64,000 bases of DNA from Eledone cirrhosa (Eukaryota), in assembly GCA_964016885.1 (NCBI GenBank), contig OZ024745.1, positions 97,154,001 through 97,218,000 on the forward strand, given 5' to 3'. Both the position numbers and the translations under genes were made by a program. Shown here one piece after another: positions 57,020 through 64,000 of this stretch. Position 1 is the stretch's first letter. The number at the start of each line of letters is the position of its first letter. Below the pieces are notes generated by a model. The model saw only the letters and a list, made by a program, of their open reading frames with translations. It was not told the origin of the DNA and searched no databases.

Positions 57020-57880
57020 AGACGGGTTACTTGTTATAATGCTCCATTTAATCTACAGATTAAAGACCATATCCCTAAAAAATTCTTTGCTATCCTGGAG
57101 ACCCCCCCCCCCCCCCCACCATAAATACCATCAAATTTTAAATAGATCTACTGTCAAATTTTCCTAGTCCACTACCAACAATATACAACAGAATATAAGT
57201 GCTTACAACATATATATATAAGTGTAAAAAAAACATAAATATACCACCAACACATCAAACCAACCATAATAATACTAAAATAAACCAAAACAAACCACCT
57301 TCTTCTTCACCTATAAACTCCACACCAATTTTGACTAATAATCTCCAAAACAAACAGAACTCTACTAGCTCCACATCCCCTAAACTATCACCCACCAACA
57401 ACCTGTCTAATCATACTAATCTAATTACAACCCATTCTAAACCATACATTAATGAAAATAGTAACACTAATACCACTATAGATAACACAATTAACTCTCC
57501 TGATACAATATTTACGAATGGCTGTAAATGTAGAAACAAAAGAAATTGCCCATTAAAGGTAAATTGTCTTATTAATAACATAGTCTATAAATGTGTAATA
57601 TAGTACTAAGGACTCCACTCAATCCTATATAGGAGCTACGTCTAACCAATTTAAAGTAAGATTTAATACCCACAAACATAGTTTTAAAAATGCCACATTA
57701 GCTAATACCTCCTTGGCTGAAGTAATTAATAATTATAGAAAGAAGGATATTGATTACAACCTGATCTGGAGCGTGCTCAAAAGGGCCACCCCTTATCAAA
57801 ATAGCAGATATGAGTGTAGGTTATGCTCCTAAGAACTATTTGAAGTGATGAAATCTAATGATATAACCTGTAATTAGATA
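57020..57880 (+). mobile_element. Decayed PLE 3' fragment (family 4; GIY-YIG)
   Basis: YNAPFN-like start, CKCRNKRNCPLKVNC, IVYKC..SYIGATSNQFKVRFNTHKHSFK, CRLC. Contains stops. Confidence 0.8.
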
Positions 57881-58860
57881 TTTACTACAAAGAATTTCAT
57901 AATTTCATTTCCCTCCTGCAGCTCAATTTACCTAAAGTTATCTTTAACGTCCCTACTCCTTTTAACCGCATCCCCTATCTATCACATTGAATACCTAGGA
58001 TTAGTAAATATAATTAATATCTTTAATATTATGGAAGTTTAGATAGATACACTACTTTTTATAAAATGTTATTTATTTCAGTCTTTCTATATATATATAT
58101 ATATATATTTGTTTTTACTTCTTTATTTATTACATTCATAAGAATTAATATAATTTTAACTCTGTAAGTATACATTTCAATTAATTTAATTTCCCTTTAT
58201 GTATCTAGGTTCCTTGAAATTTAAACAGGAGTAGTATTTCTCACTAACACTCTCATCCCACAAAAAATTCTTTTCCCTTCGTTTTTAACAGCATTCTTTA
58301 ATAACATCAATTTTTTGGGGGAATCCTTCACTATCTCATTGACTTGACCTCATTTTAACCCCTCCCCATTGTATTCTTTTCATTCAAAGCATAAATTTAC
58401 ATTCCTCCACTCCTAGCATAAAGTTCTACTACTGTAAACAAACAGCCCGAATTACGCCGTACAGTGCTCGGCAACCATCGTCGCCCTTTTGTTCAACACT
58501 GACATGGGAACGATGTACTAGTTTCAAGCTTATTAGCTATCGTCAGCATCGTATATCTTTCTGTCAGATGATTTAACGTTTGAAAGTATATACTTTCCCT
58601 ATGCATATTAACGGCTGACCAGCCTAATTTGCATATTGAGTGGGTCGGCCGGGGTACCTAGAACGATAAATGGAAAAGAATGAAACGAAATTTCATTTCT
58701 CACTCTTACTACGGGTGATACCTAAATATAAATATGCATACGTACATTCATATATGTGTACAGACGTACAGTAGTATGTATATATATACATACATGCACA
58801 CATATATATATATGTACGTATGGGTTTACCGAACATTTATTATAATGTTCGGTTTGTTTG

Positions 58861-58892
<32 letters not shown>

Positions 58893-58904
58893 CATATAAA
58901 ATTA

Positions 58905-59635
58905 GAATTGGTGCTCTGAAATAGCGATATATATATGAATGTATATATAGTGTATTTTGCAATACACTGTATACTTAATTAAAAGCATTTTGAAGACCAT
59001 ACGCTATTGTTTTAAAGTAACGACATTGTCGCATACTTAAATTTTCGGCAGACAGGGGGGAGATAAGTTGACAGCTCTGTTTCGTACTTTTTGTTACTTA
59101 TCAGAACTCACTACTCTCCCTGTCTGCCGAAAATTATGTGTGTTGGATTCTTATAGAATTCCAGTAACAATGAGGAACTGATTTTACAGAGCGGTCGCAG
59201 GCCCAGCAGAGAATTTAAGTAAGCGACAATGTCGCTACTTTAAAACAATAGTGTATGATCTTCAAAATGCTTTTAATTAAGCATACAGTGTATTGCAAAA
59301 TGCACTATATATACATTCATATATATATCGCTATTTCAGAGCACCAATTCTAATTTTCAATTTCTGCTGGGCCGGCGACCGCTCTGTAAAATCAGTTCCA
59401 GAATGTTACTGGAATTTTATAAGAATCCAACACACATAATATTCGGCAAACAGGGAGTGTAGTGAGTTTTGATAAGTACCAAAAAGTACGAAACTGAGCT
59501 GTCAACTTATCTCCCCCTGTCTGCCGAAAATTTAAGTATGCGACAATGTCGTTACTTTAAAACAATAGCGTATGGTCTTCAAAATGCTTTTAATTAAGCA
59601 TATAGTGTATTGCAAAATACACTATATATACATTC

Positions 59636-59638
<3 letters not shown>
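58905..59638. mobile_element. Rearranged multimer (one inverted plus ~1.3 direct units) of a ~310-bp HHR-bearing non-coding element between (TA)n tracts
   Basis: 58905-59210 is the reverse complement of the permuted unit 59210-59638. aatttaagta.gcgacaatgtcg...catt is directly repeated at 59212 and 59529. HHRs at 59064-59110 (-) and 59463-59509 (+). Confidence 0.85.
59463..59509 (+). ncRNA. Type I HHR, U3-A8 variant
   Basis: TGAGTT-TTGATAA-GTAC caaaaa GTAC-GAAA-CTGAGCTG-TC-AACTTA. The minus copy has CTGATAA and stem III CAG ag CTG. Confidence 0.75.
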
Positions 59639-59700
<62 letters not shown>

Positions 59701-59826
59701 ATCAAAAGATGGTTAAAAGAGTTCCATGTATTTTATTATGCGCATTTCAAAAATAAATATCATCATGCAATAACATTTTCGTTTTCGTCAAATAAAATAG
59801 GGAGACATGATATGAAGGTTAAAACA

Positions 59827-59965
59827 CACTTGTGAATAGTGCAGTTTAAAATCAACATATATGTTGATTTAAAACTGCACTATTCACAAGTGTCCTACAA
59901 ACAGTACAGTGCTTCTTATCCGATATCTGCATTGCTTTATTGTACTACAATAAAACTCACCTCCT

Positions 59966-59968
<3 letters not shown>
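59827..59968. repeat. 66-bp near-perfect palindrome plus short tail ending in (TA)n
   Basis: cacttgtgaatagtgcagttt.aaatcaacatatatgttgattt.aaactgcactattcacaagtg. Confidence 0.75.
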
Positions 59969-60013
<45 letters not shown>

Positions 60014-60104
60014 CGAAGGAAATGTGGTAAGGAACCAGGTGGACCATAACGCACCAAAGTACTCAATACTTGAGGTAGTAGAGTGGGTAATAGGAACCAG
60101 TAAG

Positions 60105-60198
60105 ACCCCGACAGCTGAGCTCAAGCCGTTTCGACGGCTAATTCTGGACTAAATGAAAATTTATCCTGGTATTTAAATAGCCGATCTTCTCAAGGGGT
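60105..60198 (-). ncRNA. Type I HHR, U3-A8 variant
   Basis: Reverse complement of the HHR at 61143-61236. Confidence 0.87.
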
Positions 60199-61142
60199 AA
60201 TTCCATATATGGTCAAAGTGATTGTCAAAAATCAGTAGTAATTCTGTGGTTGCAAATTAGTAGGGGAGATGGTGACTAAACCTGCCAGTAGGAGAAAGAG
60301 GGGAGGGGGTGGAGTAGACCCAATCAAGCGTTGGTGGTGCCAGCTACAGCTGGGCATGAGGTCAAAGAAGATACAGGGGAGGGGGAGGAAGTCGGAACGG
60401 TAGGTAGAACAGTATTTCTTGCTTCGCTTTTCTTCTGGGCGGGGTGGATTCTGAATTTATTTCTCCGTATTCTACCTTTATTTCGTACGAACTTGTAGCT
60501 TGTTTTAGATCTTTTAGAGTTAGCATTAGTATATATTTTTCCCGGGACTCAGAATTATTATCTCGTACAAGTTCACTTTGCTGCACTGGGTCGTTGCTGG
60601 CCCGGGATGGAAACCTTTATTGTTTATTTCGTGGTAGTCTCTTTAGTATTTTGGCCCCTTTTGTTGACCCGTCACCGTATCATTTACGTACTTATACCTC
60701 TTAAAAGGGTCTTTGCTTAATCCGTCCCACCTAGTTCTCTTACTTATTTCCTTATTTATTTATTTATTTATTTATTTACTTCTTTCTTTCTTTATTTATT
60801 TTATTCTCGCCTAACAATAGCCTGACACCTAGGTCGTTGAATTTAATTTACTTTACTTTTTCTTTTTCTTTACACTTATTTGCTTTTCTTCACTCTCAGT
60901 ATTTTTTCTTTCCTATTTCTACCCCCCATTGTTCTACCTACCGTTCCGACTTCCTCCCCCTCCCCTGTATCTTCTTTGACCTCATGCCCAGCTGTAGCTG
61001 GCACCACCAACGCTTGATTGGGTCTACTCCACCCCCTCCCCTCTTTCTCCTACTGGCAGGTTTAGTCACCATCTCCCCTACTAATTTGCAACCACAGAAT
61101 TACTACTGATTTTTGACAATCACTTTGACCATATATGGAATT

Positions 61143-61236
61143 ACCCCTTGAGAAGATCGGCTATTTAAATACCAGGATAAATTTTCATTTAGTCCAGAAT
61201 TAGCCGTCGAAACGGCTTGAGCTCAGCTGTCGGGGT
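61143..61236 (+). ncRNA. Type I HHR, U3-A8 variant, GUC site
   Basis: ACCCC-TTGAGAA-GAtCGGCTA...TAGCCGTC-GAAA-CGGCT tgagctc AGCTG-TC-GGGGT. Confidence 0.88.
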
Positions 61237-61248
61237 CTTACTGGTTCC

Positions 61249-61347
<99 letters not shown>

Positions 61348-61357
61348 CACACACACA

Positions 61358-61383
61358 TCTATATATATAAAACTGAGGATGTC

Positions 61384-61431
<48 letters not shown>

Positions 61432-62017
61432 TGTGAGTTTGAATCCCTAAAACTCGAGAAGTACCCAACCGATTTTTTCAAACTTTACATGTGTATTACT
61501 TATGTTTCAGAGAGTCTTATGCAACTTTTTGGAGTGTTATCCAACTCTTTGGTCCTCTAGGGCCCGCATTAGGTGAAAAACTGCGTTTTTTTCAGCTTTT
61601 GGGGGGGTTTTGAGGCGTTACGTCAGACCGATTTCCTTGAAATTGTAACTATGTATTAGTCAGTCTCTTCTTCATACCGTGAGCAAAGAAAATCCAACTT
61701 TTTTAAGGCCTAGGGCCTGCATTAGGTGAAAAACTTCATTTTTTCAGCTTTTTAGGGCTTTTGTGAAGCCGATTTTCCCGAAATTTCAAGGCATATTATG
61801 CACATTAAAAAAAATAATTTTCTTGATCCCCTAGGGGCCGAATTAGGTGAAAACCTGCATTTTCCTGCTTCATCGAAGAAAATCTTAAAGATTATCCAGC
61901 CATCAGAGTATTCGGTTTATTTTCTTTACATATTATCCAGGCATGCAGTTTTTCCACGATTAGGTCTGTTGGCGGCCTGCGTTCCAAAATAACTTATCCC
62001 GTGCAACGCCGGGATAA
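61358..62017 (+). mobile_element. Non-autonomous Helitron, 3' CTAG lost
   Basis: Starts A|TCTATATATATAAAA. Hairpin cccgtgcaacgccggg (61998-62013) resembles that of 20199-20725. Interrupted at 62018 by unit D. Confidence 0.75.
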
Positions 62018-62607
62018 GGTTAAACTCACATGTAATAATTTTTTACACACATCTGACTGTGTAAAACACTTTTCTCTGTGTAATATATTTCTATTTGAGC
62101 TCAGATGAAAATTCTCTGTTCTTCTTCGAGCTAATATTATTATTATTACTGTGAACTGTGGAATACTTTAATCCGATCTTTGTATATTTAACGAGCTCCA
62201 GATTGTAGAGCTAATAATATCGAATGGTTGGGCTGTTCTCTCTAGCATTTTCCCTCAATTCATGAGAGCTGTTATTTGATGCACATAACGCGTGATTTCG
62301 CCCTACTCTGGGCAGCGTGTTATTAGCTTTCTCTCTATCCATTAGGCTAGATGTGTGGTAAACAGTACCCTTACTTGCTGACTGAAGATCCTATGGGATG
62401 TTATACCGCACATTTCTGTGGTGAAACGAACTAAATTCGTATCAGCAAACTTATAGTTATAAAGTTAGTAATTTAAAACTCTACTTCAGAGATTTGATTC
62501 TGACTTAGGTTTTTTTCTATTTAATTGCTAACCTGTAGGTATTGTTCTCCATACAGTAACGGTTAAACTCACATGTAATAATTGTTTACACACATCTCAC
62601 TGTGTAA
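62018..62607 (+). mobile_element. HHR-bearing non-coding unit D (543-bp period, 47-bp terminal direct repeats)
   Basis: ggttaaactcacatgtaataatt.tttacacacatct.actgtgtaa at 62018 and 62561. Shares motifs with the minus strand of units A and B (gctc.gat...gagct.at; gattgt.gagctaa...gaat.g...ggctg.t.t.tct.g). Confidence 0.82.
62375..62448 (+). ncRNA. Type I HHR, canonical C3-G8 core with full stem III
   Basis: TTGCTGA-CTGAAGA-tCC...GGt-GAAA-CGAA ctaaa TTCG-TA-TCAGCAA. Confidence 0.88.
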
Positions 62608-62657
62608 CATATTTGTATATATATATATGCATTTTTCTTATTTCTCTCACTTTCTTT

Positions 62658-62698
<41 letters not shown>

Positions 62699-62849
62699 CG
62701 AGAGAGAGAGAAGTTGTCTAAATATCTACCTGCGTATTCATTTATCTCTTTCTCTCTCTGTTTCTCTTTTACATTTCTTCCATACTTCATTATTTGGTTG
62801 CTTTTTTCTTTATTATTTCCATCCAAACCGTTTCCTTCTTTATCTATCA

Positions 62850-62949
62850 GCTTTTCTCTCACTCTCTCTCTGTCTTTCTTTCTCGTTGTCTCTATCTCTT
62901 TCTCTCACTCTCTCCCTTTCTCTCTCTCTCTCCCTTTCTCTCTCTCTCT

Positions 62950-62989
<40 letters not shown>

Positions 62990-63056
62990 GTCTCTCCTCC
63001 CCCCTCTCTCTCTCACTTACAGTCTCTCCCTCTCTCTCTCTCTTACAATCTCTCCT

Positions 63057-63098
<42 letters not shown>

Positions 63099-63253
63099 TC
63101 TCTCTCTCTTACAATCTCTCCTTCTCGCTCTCTCTCTCTCTTTCTCTCAGTCACTCTCCCTCCCCTGTCTCTTTCTCTCTCCCTCTGTCCCTCCATCTCT
63201 CTCTCTCTCACTCAGTCACTCTCCCTCCACTATCTCTCTCTCAGTCACTCTCG

Positions 63254-63289
<36 letters not shown>

Positions 63290-63366
63290 CACTCTCTCTC
63301 TCTCTCTCTCTCAGTCACTTTCCCCATCTCTCTTTCAGTCACTCTCTCCGTCTCTCTCTCCCTCTC

Positions 63367-63455
<89 letters not shown>
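62850..63455. repeat. Interrupted (CT)n microsatellite tract
   Basis: About 600 bp of polypyrimidine. The overlapping long ORFs are artefacts. Confidence 0.95.
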
Positions 63456-63458
<3 letters not shown>

Positions 63459-63855
63459 TCGTGTGTCTGTACATTCATGTTATTTTTCTATACATATCCA
63501 TTCTCGTTTGTTATGTGCATGCCTGTATGTATGTGAGTATGTCTGTATATCTGTATGCATGCATGTGTATGTGTGTATACATATATATATATATATATGT
63601 ATGTATGTGGGGGGGGGATTTATGTGTGTATGTGTATATGCATGTATATGTGTATATTTGCATGTATGTATATCTGGCATGTATATATGAATGTGTACGT
63701 ATATGCATATATATATATACATATCTATGTATGTGTGTGTGAGTGCGTGTGTGTATATGTGTATGTGTGAATGTGTATATGTATGTATATGTGTATGTCT
63801 GCATGTATGTATATGAATGTGTATGAATGTGCATGTGTATATATATATATATATA

Positions 63856-63921
<66 letters not shown>

Positions 63922-64000
63922 AGTGTAATGATGTTTACCTGTCTACTGTCGTTATTCACCCCACCCTCTACACCCCATTGTGTCTACAACATGTCACGTC

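Larger units (their letters stand above)
60012..61250 (-). mobile_element. Longest family H copy, with ~300-bp inverted arms and two complete HHRs
   Basis: ~60090-60398 is the reverse complement of ~60942-61250. (TA)n on both sides. Confidence 0.9.

Noticed and set aside
58561-58600. cagatga...gaaagtatatactt HHR-like string
   Set aside because: Core U4 is mutated, and stems I and II do not pair.
62582-63959. 386/307/298-aa Ser/Leu-rich ORFs
   Set aside because: Translations of (CT)n and (TA/TG)n tracts.

Overview
AT-rich eukaryotic (animal) genomic DNA saturated with (TA)n, (CA)n, (CT)n and (GATA)n microsatellites. The SINE types and repeat landscape suggest a cephalopod such as Octopus, but that is inference. 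The only host coding sequence I can support is one 200-bp exon of an F-box/WD40 gene (10907-11106, +), so much of the window is probably intronic. Most ORF-track entries are microsatellite artefacts. Recognisable mobile DNA includes a decayed L1/Tx1-like LINE, RTE (Rex3/Expander-like) fragments, an R4/Dong-like RLE fragment, at least four Penelope-like element (PLE) families, tRNA-derived SINEs, two non-autonomous Helitrons and a fold-back element. The main unexpected signal is about 20 type I hammerhead ribozyme (HHR) motifs folded by eye. They sit in PLE pseudo-LTRs, in short inverted insertions in (TA)n, and in non-coding ~543-612-bp units with short terminal direct repeats. Three of these units (31628-32207, 39133-39732, 62018-62607) are homologous, and at least two are circular permutations of each other. 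Their HHR cores covary at the 3-8 tertiary pair (G3-C8, U3-A8, C3-G8). This suggests a retrozyme-like circular-RNA family mobilised by PLE machinery. All structures are manual predictions and no activity has been shown.
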